The position numbers and the translations under genes are program-made. The notes under the pieces were generated by a model, which saw only the letters and a list, made by a program, of their open reading frames with translations, was not told the origin of the DNA and did no database searches. This document shows, piece by piece, positions 38,330 through 47,371 of a DNA stretch of 64,000 bases. The DNA is from Candidatus Altimarinota bacterium (lineage in GTDB: Bacteria; Patescibacteriota; Gracilibacteria; JBDHUY01), in NCBI GenBank assembly GCA_039809385.1, contig JBDHUY010000005.1, positions 32,001 to 96,000 on the forward strand, written 5' to 3'. Position 1 is the stretch's first letter; each line of letters begins with the position of its first letter.

Positions 38330-38370
38330 GAAAAAGCCCCGTGTATCCGGTAGGACACACGGGGCTTTTC
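38330..38370 (+). terminator. Rho-independent terminator (possibly bidirectional)
   Basis: AAAAGCCCCGTGT...ACACGGGGCTTTT. Confidence 0.85.
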
Positions 38371-38602
38371 GGTCTTTTCTGATCCATCGTTGCGCTGCGT
38401 GATCAGGTTTTTATATATTCTACTGTTTCTAAATCAATCGCCTAGATAGCAGAATATTTACAAATGCGGTCTTGGTCTGGCCAGGTTCGGTAGAAGCTCT
38501 CCAAATTTTTATTGCCCCAAATAAAGCTCGAAAATCTGTGCGATATTCCGGACTCTGGACAAGCCAGCGTGAAGTGCCGGCTACTCGATTTTATGACAAA
38601 TC

Positions 38603-39331
38603 TTATCTTTCCGGCCCTCTTCTAAAATCAATGTCAACAATGCCGACATTCACTCGCAAATCAAGAGCTCTGGTTAGCGCCGGGTAGGCGCGTCCTTCCA
38701 TAATCGTTTGTGTTAAAACATCCAACTTCCCCATACCCGGATACAGTATGGCGGTGTAGTAGACAGGATTTTCTAATGTTCTTATTCCGCCGACAAAATA
38801 TGGCAATTCATGCAGAATGTATAGGGCGACAGCTTCAAGTCTTTTTATCTCCGGACTTCTTCCTCTGCCCTCGACAATATTTTTGGCAATTTCCAGCACA
38901 CTGTGGTAAAAATCCGATTGCCTGGAGAACTCCCTGAAGAATATTTCCCGTCTTTTGATACACACAGGATCGCACGTTTCGTCATAATTTGCTACGGTAA
39001 TCTTTGCTTGTTGCTTCACAGGAAGCCTTAACACGATCGCGGTAATAGTATCTTTCATCCTGTCTTCATCCGCAAAAGCCCGCCTCAGTGATTCAGCTCT
39101 GCCGAATTTTTCAAAGTAGTAATAGTTGGTGGCTTGTATTCTTCCCGGTACCCAGATAAGGATTTTCTCTTTTGTGTATTGTAGCGCAAAATCGAGCATG
39201 GCCCTGATATGTTCTGAATCGAATAGCCTATTTGAAAGGCTAATACCGATCCATATATTATGTCTACGTGCATATATTTCTTCGAGATGGATGCCCATAC
39301 TTGTCATCGCGTTGACTTGGAATTTTGACAT
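38603..39331 (-). CDS. tRNA-dependent cyclodipeptide synthase (CDPS)
   Basis: HNIWIGISLSN (HxxxGIS motif with catalytic Ser), YILHELP (YxxxExP), ILYP; 242 aa. Confidence 0.85.
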   Translation of the reverse strand: MSKFQVNAMTSMGIHLEEIYARRHNIWIGISLSNRLFDSEHIRAMLDFALQYTKEKILIWVPGRIQATNYYYFEKFGRAESLRRAFADEDRMKDTITAIVLRLPVKQQAKITVANYDETCDPVCIKRREIFFREFSRQSDFYHSVLEIAKNIVEGRGRSPEIKRLEAVALYILHELPYFVGGIRTLENPVYYTAILYPGMGKLDVLTQTIMEGRAYPALTRALDLRVNVGIVDIDFRRGPER

Positions 39332-39925
39332 AAGGAATTACTATCAAGACGAAATAGACGACATTTATTTTACGCCATCGGGTCTATAAAATCTATGTTC
39401 AAAGCGTTACAATCTATCATTTGTACTTCTCCTTTGATACTAATTCCAAATCTACATGATAAAAAGCCAAGATCACAGCAGGATACCCAATATTAAAGTT
39501 CGAAAAAATTTGTGACAGGCAAGTATGATGCATGGCTTCTACATTTGATATTGGATATTTGAGTTTATTTTGGCATTTGGATTTTGAGCTTTGAGATTAA
39601 CGAATACACGTATATCACGTTGAAGTGGAACTAGTTTGAGAGGATCGTTTCTGAAAAGTTTTCAAGACATGACTTCAAGAAGCAACGTAGATAGTTCTAA
39701 GAAAACATAGCCATAACGTCGCGCTGACTCTTCTCTAGATAGAAGTAGTATAATTTCTGCACCTTGTATCAGAGTTCTGTCTACTTTTTATTTGTCTCCC
39801 CAAGCCGGAATTCGTATAGTAATACCACATATGCCAAAGCGGGAATCTTATAATCTTTGTCATGTGTATCCAGTTAAAAATTAAAATAATTTCTTGTAAT
39901 TTATCTTTCATAATTTGCCTTCTCT

Positions 39926-41851
39926 ATGCTTTCCGCTCTCGATATTCAGCAGCGATTCCTCCGCTTTTTCGGCGAGGCGCCCCGCGACCACAAACGTATT
40001 CCGAATGTTTCTTTGGTTCCGCATAACGATCCGTCTTTGCTTTTCGTCAATTCGGGCATGTTTCCCCTGGTTCCGTATTTATCCGGCGAACCGCACCCGC
40101 TGGGAAAACGGCTCTGCAATTTTCAGCGTAGTATCCGGACCATGGCCGAGGATCTGGAGGAGATCGGCGATGCCCGCCATACCACCTGTTTTAACATGAT
40201 GGGCAACTGGAGTCTGGGCGATTTCTGGAAAACCGAGCAGATTCCCTGGATCGCCGAATTATATATCAAAGAGTTCGGTCTGGATATCAACCGCTTCTTC
40301 GTTTCTGTCTTTAAAGGCGATACCGATGCTCCCCGCGATGACGACGCCATCGAGATGTGGAAAAAAGTCTTTGCCCAATATGGCATCGAAGCTCAGGTGA
40401 GCGACGACCCTTACGACGTCATGAAAAATTATGACAACAGCGGTAATCTTTTGCCAGATCAGTCGAAGTCCTATCGAATCTTTGCCTATGAAAAGAAGAA
40501 AAACTGGTGGCAGCGCGGCCATGCGGCCGGTGAGCTCGGAGGTCCTTCGAGTGAAATGTTTTACGATTGCGGGGCTCCGCTCGAGGGCGAGTATAAAAAT
40601 GCCTATCATATCAATGACGACAGCGGCAAATTCATCGAGGTTGGTAACAACGTTTTCATGGAATATTACCTCGATGAGGGTTTGAAATGGCAGAAGCTCA
40701 AGCAGCGCAATATCGACTTTGGCGGCGGGTTTGAACGGGTAGTTTTTTGCACCCAGAACAAGATGGACATTTTCGACACCGAACTCTATTTACCGGCTAT
40801 TCAGGTTATCGAACAGCTTTCAGGTTTGAAATACCACGATCTGTCTGAAACGGCCAAAAAGCCGTTCCGGGTAATTGTCGACCATATTCGCGCCGCGACG
40901 TTCATCATGGGCGACGAAGTCCTGCCGAGTAACAAGGAACAGGGGTATATCTTGCGCCGCTTTATTCGGCGTGCGATCAACTTTGGCAGAAAGTTGAATC
41001 TGGACAAAGGCTTTACCGGAGAGGTGGGGGCCCGGTTTGTAGACATACTGACACAGTTTGACGACTATGTTTTTTTGAAGGAGAAAAAGGAAATGATTGT
41101 GGCCGAACTGCTTAAAGAAGAAGACAAGTTTCATAAAACCCTGTCGCAGGGGATTCGCGAACTGGACAAATATCTGTCTACGAGTCCAACGTTGTCGGGG
41201 GAGCAGGCATTTTATATTTTTGAAACGTTCGGTTTTCCGTTTGATCTGATTGTGGACGAGCTAATTAGTCGTGCGATTCCTTTTGACTGGAACAACCTTG
41301 AAGCCGATTTTAAAAAGGCTATGCAGCAGCACCGCGCTCAAAGTAATGCCGGAGCCGAACATGTCTTTAAGGGCGGGCTGGCCGACACCAAGGTTGAGAC
41401 AACCCGGCTGCATACGACGCACCATATTTTACTGGCGACGTTACGCAAAATCTTGGGGCCGCATGTCCATCAGCGAGGGAGCAATATTACGGCGGAGCGG
41501 CTGCGGATGGATTTTTCGCATACCGAAAAAATGACGCCCGAGCAGCTGCAAATTACCGAGGATATGGTGAATGAGGTTATTTCGAAAGACTATACTATGG
41601 TCCGCCGCGAGATGAAGTTTGACGAGGCGGTCAACCAGGGCGCCGAGATGGAATTTGGACAAAAATATGGCGATGTCGTGTCTGTCTACTTTCTCGAGGA
41701 TGCCGAGGGTAATGCCTTCAGCAAGGAGTTTTGCGGCGGGCCGCATGTCCAACATACGTCCGAAATTCGCGAGGGCGGGAGGTTCAAGATTATGAAGGAA
41801 GAGGCGGTGGGGAGCGGGGTGAGGAGGATTAAGGGGGTGTTGGTTAAGTAA
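39926..41851 (+). CDS. alaS: Alanine--tRNA ligase, short form without C-Ala
   Basis: DPSLLFVNSGMFP, ARHTTCFNMMGNWSLGD, IDFGGGFER, DHIRAA, editing HTTHH...EFCGGPHV; ends at GVRRIKG. Confidence 0.95.
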   Translation: MLSALDIQQRFLRFFGEAPRDHKRIPNVSLVPHNDPSLLFVNSGMFPLVPYLSGEPHPLGKRLCNFQRSIRTMAEDLEEIGDARHTTCFNMMGNWSLGDFWKTEQIPWIAELYIKEFGLDINRFFVSVFKGDTDAPRDDDAIEMWKKVFAQYGIEAQVSDDPYDVMKNYDNSGNLLPDQSKSYRIFAYEKKKNWWQRGHAAGELGGPSSEMFYDCGAPLEGEYKNAYHINDDSGKFIEVGNNVFMEYYLDEGLKWQKLKQRNIDFGGGFERVVFCTQNKMDIFDTELYLPAIQVIEQLSGLKYHDLSETAKKPFRVIVDHIRAATFIMGDEVLPSNKEQGYILRRFIRRAINFGRKLNLDKGFTGEVGARFVDILTQFDDYVFLKEKKEMIVAELLKEEDKFHKTLSQGIRELDKYLSTSPTLSGEQAFYIFETFGFPFDLIVDELISRAIPFDWNNLEADFKKAMQQHRAQSNAGAEHVFKGGLADTKVETTRLHTTHHILLATLRKILGPHVHQRGSNITAERLRMDFSHTEKMTPEQLQITEDMVNEVISKDYTMVRREMKFDEAVNQGAEMEFGQKYGDVVSVYFLEDAEGNAFSKEFCGGPHVQHTSEIREGGRFKIMKEEAVGSGVRRIKGVLVK

Positions 41852-41926
41852 TGAGTGCTATATTTATTTATCGTGACTATTAAAGGCGACAATGATAAAT
41901 TGTTGCTGTTATTTATAAACATGTAT

Positions 41927-42469
41927 ATGAAAAAATTGTTCATTGCTCTGTTGCTTGTCAGTGTATTGTTTACAACTGCATGTAATACACGAACTTCCTC
42001 TTCAAAAAATTTAGATTCAACCGCGTCGACCCTTCATGCAATCAATCAAGACTATGTCGCAGATCATGAAAATGTGTATTATAGCTTAGGTGGTGCTGAT
42101 CCAAAGACATTTCGGCTTTTGGATCAAGATTATGCCCGAGATAAAAATACAATATTTTACCATGGCAGGCGGCTCTCTCAGGTCGATCCTGATTCTTTTG
42201 TTGTTCAAAATGAAATTGCCCGGGATAAAAACTCGGTCTTTTTTGACGGTATGCCTATGGACGGTCCTGACCCCCTCAGTTTTGAGAGCCTGGGTGCAGC
42301 AACTTCTTTCTATAAAGACAAAAATGCTGTATATATGCTCATGGGGCAACAGCAAATTCTGCATAAGGTCATCGGGGCCAATCCTACAACATTTAGAGTC
42401 CCTCAGGATAATGGTCTTCCTCCTGATGAACTTCATTATTCCTATGAAGAAGTAAAAGTGAAAAATTAA
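41927..42469 (+). CDS. DKNYY-repeat lipoprotein
   Basis: Lipobox-like FTTAC; ADPKTF...YARDKN repeats. Confidence 0.8.
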   Translation: MKKLFIALLLVSVLFTTACNTRTSSSKNLDSTASTLHAINQDYVADHENVYYSLGGADPKTFRLLDQDYARDKNTIFYHGRRLSQVDPDSFVVQNEIARDKNSVFFDGMPMDGPDPLSFESLGAATSFYKDKNAVYMLMGQQQILHKVIGANPTTFRVPQDNGLPPDELHYSYEEVKVKN

Positions 42470-42485
42470 CGCCGAAATTGTAATT

Positions 42486-42986
42486 CAAAATCTATGAACT
42501 TATTCGATAAAAAGTACGGCTTTGTCGAAGACGAAAAAGTGCGCGACTTTCATAGGAGTCGCCCCTTTCCGGTTCCAGTTTGCAACTGGAATCCCACAAT
42601 GTTTTGTAAGATCGGCTTACCGCTGCGAGCGATCTTCCTGTTCTTTTCTCGACAAAATCGGCAGACTTTTATGTAAAGCAGGATAATCCCGCCAATAGTA
42701 AGGGTATAAACAGAACCATAAAGACAGTTGTATGAAAGAAGAGTACATAGTATACTACCGCCCCAGGCTTTTTCTTGAAAAATTTCACAGCAATGACCCT
42801 TTCTGGTTCCAGTTTGCAACTGGAACCCTAATGTCTTGGCACTTATAGTGCTGCGAGATTTATGAGGCTGTTACTCGCCGACTAGCTTTATAATTCTCTT
42901 CCACAAAGCCAAAATATATGAACTTCTTTGATAAAAAGCACGGCTTTGTCGAAGGCGGAAAGATGTACTACTTTCAGAGAAGTAGC
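42486..42986. repeat. Mosaic of two duplicated units (~75-bp direct repeat and a palindromic unit)
   Basis: caaaat(c/a)tatgaactt...cggctttgtcgaag at 42486 and 42910; GGTTCCAGTTTGCAACTGGAA at 42571 and 42805. Confidence 0.75.
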
Positions 42987-43079
42987 AAGATATTTTTTTT
43001 CAAAGGGCAGCGTATACGGATTTAATCTTCGAGGATTAGAAATATTGTCTTCATATTTTGATTCTCTTCTTCCATCCCT

Positions 43080-43430
43080 ATGAGTATCAAAAAAATTATC
43101 TGCTGGCTTCCACGAATTCTTGGTATTGGATTCGTGCTATTCCTCTCGTTATTCTCACTGGATGTATTCCCATCATACAGCGGTTGGGAACTATTGCCGG
43201 CTCTTTTTATGCATCTTATTCCTTCTCTGCTACTGCTATTCGTTCTGCTTATTGCTTGGAAGTATGAACTTGTGGGGACCGCAGTATTTTTGCTGTTTGC
43301 AATCTACTACGTCTGGTCGGTCGGTCTTGACCGTCATTGGAGCTGGTATGCTTCTATAGCTCTTCCCACTGGCCTCGTTGGAGTTCTCTTTTTGGTCAGC
43401 TGGTTCGGAAAAAAGCATGGGAAGAAATAA
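43080..43430 (+). CDS. Small multi-pass membrane protein
   Basis: WLPRILGI...FSLDVF...MHLIP...IAWK; mostly hydrophobic. Confidence 0.75.
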   Translation: MSIKKIICWLPRILGIGFVLFLSLFSLDVFPSYSGWELLPALFMHLIPSLLLLFVLLIAWKYELVGTAVFLLFAIYYVWSVGLDRHWSWYASIALPTGLVGVLFLVSWFGKKHGKK

Positions 43431-43715
43431 AATTCAGGCTTCTTTCTGTCCAGTGTTCTGCTCCGCATTTGACCCATACGGCTTTAGCATATCTCAAGCT
43501 ACATAATGTGGTATAGAGATTCTTCCAAATGGATCATCTTCTGCTCATCCGTGTCATCATCCCCTCTTTTTTGGGGCAACATTTTCAGTATCTTACCTTC
43601 CTTTGATTAGGGGAATTCTGTATGGATGAAAATTATATTGTCACCGTAAACTGTTGACACTCTTTTTTTCCTGTTAGTATCGATTCTCTTTTTATTTTCC
43701 TGTTACCATACCGCT

Positions 43716-44102
43716 ATGGCAGATACCACCATGACAGAAACCGGTCCGTATCCTGAAGATTTACAACCTATCAGTTTTGAGGATTTTATTCAGTATGAGT
43801 ATAAAAATGGCCTTAATCTGCCAAGCAAGGCGCTGACCTTTCTCGTTATTTATTTTTACGATCCGAAGAAAAAATATTCTCAATATAAACAAAAGCCCTG
43901 CTTTGTGCGTCTTTGTAGCGAGCATTTAGCATTGTGTCGCCAGGTAAGCGACGGGTTGGTCTCTTTTCTGACCGGACACTCGACGGAATCCCAACGCCAT
44001 GATTTTTACCAAAACCTGTATGCTGCGTATTGCATAATGCGTAAGTACGGCATATCGGATCAGGAAATTTTCCGGTATAGCCCGGAATTGTCTCTTTCTT
44101 GA
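43716..44102 (+). CDS. Hypothetical protein
   Basis: 128-aa ORF after an AT-rich leader. Confidence 0.55.
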   Translation: MADTTMTETGPYPEDLQPISFEDFIQYEYKNGLNLPSKALTFLVIYFYDPKKKYSQYKQKPCFVRLCSEHLALCRQVSDGLVSFLTGHSTESQRHDFYQNLYAAYCIMRKYGISDQEIFRYSPELSLS

Positions 44103-44167
44103 TCCAGGCATCTGTGTTAATCTGAAATTGTTGTCACTTTCCGTTTTATTCCGTTTACTTCTTTCTG

Positions 44168-45280
44168 ATGGGAATCGAACAAGAATTGCCTACTCTGTCT
44201 CGATACATGACTCCGCAACAGCGGCAGGAGTACAATACTCCCGATCCGCTTTGGGGAAATCTTGTAAGTCGTAGAAAAGCTATTGCTGCCATAGTCAGTT
44301 TTCTGGTAGCAAGCGGTCTGGCTAGTTTCGCTGCCACTGCTGAAAGTGATTTGGCTATTCCGGAAAATCCGGAAGGATCGAGCATGACTACTACGCCCTA
44401 TCCGGTGGCCAAAGTCTTGATGGAACTCGAAAAGTTGCGTCGTGCAGGGGTTGAACCAAATGTAGCCAACGCAGCTTTCCTGAAAAGAATGCCGGAACTG
44501 CGCAGCCATATTGTCTAGCTTACTCCCTGGCTGTCCACCAAGGTAGGATTTGGAAAGTCTGGTTATGCGGCTGTGAATCAATTTCTCCGTTCCAGAGGCT
44601 TTTCTATAAGCCTCGACGCGAATAATGCCGGCTACCGGGATGCCGCAGTCGCCGCGGTGATGGATATGAAAGTTGCATGGGATGTAACGGGCGAAGCTTC
44701 TACTATTCCGGTGCGATATTCAAAGAAGGCCGATCATCCGGTTGAGGAAGTTCCCAGTGTCGATATGGATGCCCAGAATTGCCGCTTTTACAAAGTCTCC
44801 GGGTTCACCAATGAAATTTTGGAAGTCCGAACCAAAGACAAAACTCGTGTCAATATGATGAAAACCGACGCAGCCGGATTTCACGGTCCCGAAGACCTGA
44901 AAACCTTTATCAAAAATATAGCCCAGCACATGCAGCAGCAAGAGGCTTCGGGATATGACAAAGCTTCTTTTCCCATGGTTGATTTTCGTGAAAAGGGGAC
45001 AAACCCTTGGTTAGTCGGAACGACTGTGGGGAAGACTTATATCCGTCAGGCTGTCTATCAAAACAGTATTCAGATGAACGAAAATGGCGCGCGTTTCCGT
45101 GCCGCGGCAGCGGTAGAGGATGTTGTGATGGGTGTTCACGAAACAAAATGGTTTCTGATAGACGGTCCTTTCATGATGTGGTTTGTCCGTGATCTGAAAA
45201 TTGACGGGAAGATCAAACCGGTAACGTTGTTTAACGCCTTTACCGACCGGTCTCATATGAAAAATCCGGGAGTTTTCTAG
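44168..45280 (+). pseudogene. Serpin-like protein interrupted by a single in-frame TAG (44516-44518)
   Basis: ORFs 44168..44518 and 44573..45280 are in one frame with 18 sense codons between them; C-terminal IQMNENGA..AAAA...FLIDGPFMMWF resembles a serpin hinge and signature. Confidence 0.6.
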
Positions 45281-46437
45281 AACGGTATTCTCGAAATATC
45301 TGTCAGTAAAGACATCATATCAAGTTTTGCTGTATAGAGCTTTGTAATCTTCTTGCCAAATTCGTCAAAGCTGGTTACCTCCATCAGAACAAAAACATCT
45401 GGGGGAAACAGCGCCGTGAGATCTTTTCCACCTGGCGATTCTTGCAAAATCTCCTTGCCGCCTTCTTTATGGGAGCCTCCTCCAAGTAACTGTCTCAGGA
45501 ATTGGCGTCGCGATGATATTTTAGGTGATTTTTCTTTTTCTTTCTCCGCTCGTACCTCCTCGGCAATGGTATTGGCAGTTTTTCCATCAATTACCAAAGG
45601 TTCTTCGACGACTGCAGGGTGTTCGGATGATCCAGCCGGTATCTGAATCTTGTATGTTTCATGATAATTTTTGTAGTATGTTTTTCCATCGGTCGATAAT
45701 CCCCAACGTACACTGGTTTCTTTTGGCTCTGACGCTATATTTTTGAAAAAAATCGGGTAATAAAAAATACCGGTTCCCGGCAGGACACCGATCTTACGGG
45801 GGAAAAGACAGGTTACTGCCTCACTCGTGGTGGTATTCGTATCGATAGAGTCTTCTCCCTCTTCTTTTTCAGGTAATTGATCATAATGGTTCTCTGCTGG
45901 GGCTTTCTGGTCACTTGCTCTATCTCCTTGTTCTGCGGTTTGATTATTCGAATGCGATACCGGATATATTGTACCAAGACCGGTTTGGTTCCAATAGGTA
46001 TCCCATAGATCCTTAAATTCTGCCTCTGACAGTTCTCTTCCCGATTCCCGACAGAGGAAGCGGTATAAATCTGTCCGGGATACGAGTCTGGGATATTGGT
46101 ATCGATCAGGCGATCCCACCGATTCCGTTATGATCGAGCTGTATTCGGGGGTTCCCTGCATCCGCTCGTCCAGCTTTTCCAGAAATATTCCTACTCTGGA
46201 TAATAGGTCGGGGTCTACTTCTCGATCGATGCTAATTCGTTCAGCGGGTGTCGTGTTTTTCCCCAGCAGCGAAAATGCTTTCACCCTTTCCGGTAAACTA
46301 AATACCAGACCCGTGACAACAGTGGCCAGGTTAGCTAAAAAGGACCTTCTCGTTCTGTCCACTACCTGTAAACTATCCGTTGGAACGGTCGTCAATGTCC
46401 TCTCTTCAGCGACCTCTTCTCTTGAACGTAGAATCAT
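45277..46437 (-). CDS. Hypothetical protein with twin-arginine-like motifs
   Basis: TRRSFL followed by a hydrophobic helix; internal SRRQFL. Confidence 0.65.
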   Translation of the reverse strand: MILRSREEVAEERTLTTVPTDSLQVVDRTRRSFLANLATVVTGLVFSLPERVKAFSLLGKNTTPAERISIDREVDPDLLSRVGIFLEKLDERMQGTPEYSSIITESVGSPDRYQYPRLVSRTDLYRFLCRESGRELSEAEFKDLWDTYWNQTGLGTIYPVSHSNNQTAEQGDRASDQKAPAENHYDQLPEKEEGEDSIDTNTTTSEAVTCLFPRKIGVLPGTGIFYYPIFFKNIASEPKETSVRWGLSTDGKTYYKNYHETYKIQIPAGSSEHPAVVEEPLVIDGKTANTIAEEVRAEKEKEKSPKISSRRQFLRQLLGGGSHKEGGKEILQESPGGKDLTALFPPDVFVLMEVTSFDEFGKKITKLYTAKLDMMSLLTDISRIPF

Positions 46438-46607
46438 GATGATTTGTTATTGTTGACATTTGTATTATAGATCGTTTCATCCACGAGGCAATCGATTCTT
46501 CGAAAATAATCATGAAAAAAAACGATGTGTTGTATTGCTAGTTGTCTTTTTTTCTTGTACATTCACCATCATATGAGCTTTATACTCTCACTTGATATTC
46601 GCAAGGT

Positions 46608-47246
46608 ATGTCAACAATACGCCATAAACGGAATCCTTTACAATCGTTTCTGCGCTCTTTCCAGCGGGGAGTTCTCACCAAAACCCGTCTGGAAGCTTTT
46701 AGCGACGGGGTATTTGCCATCGTCGTAACGCTGCTGGTCCTGGAAATTCACGTTCCTCACGATGCCCATACCATGTCTGAATTGATTGACGGGCTGTTCC
46801 TGCTATTTCCTAAAATCCTTAGCTGGATTATTTCGTTCTTTATTATTATTGTCATTTGGATAGACCACCATGCGATCATCCATCATGCCAAAAGTTCCGA
46901 CTATGGATTACTGTGGATTAATGCCGTAGTCTTGTTGTCCGTATCGTTTATCCCTTTTCTTTCTGCGTTGCTGGGACAATACCCGGACTCTTCACTGGCT
47001 ATTACCATTTTTTCTTTAAGTATGGCTATACTAGGAGGTTTAATGACTTTTATGCGGATGTATGTAGAACGCTATCTCACGGATGAGGGGCATATGGTAA
47101 GCCCGAAGTTTTTCGTGCGTTTATTGGTTTTTGGCAGCGGTGCCTACGTTTTAGCGGCTCTACTGGCCTGGGTTCATAGTTATCTGTCCTATGCGCTCCT
47201 CCTATTTGTACCGTTCTATTTTCTTCTGCCCAAAGAAGAATACTAG
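46608..47246 (+). CDS. TMEM175 family potassium channel (DUF1211)
   Basis: RLEAFSDGVFAIVVTLLVLEI signature; SFF...W..HH. Confidence 0.9.
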   Translation: MSTIRHKRNPLQSFLRSFQRGVLTKTRLEAFSDGVFAIVVTLLVLEIHVPHDAHTMSELIDGLFLLFPKILSWIISFFIIIVIWIDHHAIIHHAKSSDYGLLWINAVVLLSVSFIPFLSALLGQYPDSSLAITIFSLSMAILGGLMTFMRMYVERYLTDEGHMVSPKFFVRLLVFGSGAYVLAALLAWVHSYLSYALLLFVPFYFLLPKEEY

Positions 47247-47371
47247 AGATGTACGTCTGGTAGTAAAATGGCCTTGATCTTATACTAGCGTCAAGGATTT
47301 TTTATCTATTTTCGCTTGATTTGATGCATACTCGCGTCTACAATCCTGCCAATATTTTTCTTCATTATCAC

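Noticed and set aside
42486-42986. Diversity-generating retroelement TR/VR pair
   Set aside because: Mismatches between the copies are not adenine-specific, and no reverse transcriptase is in the window.
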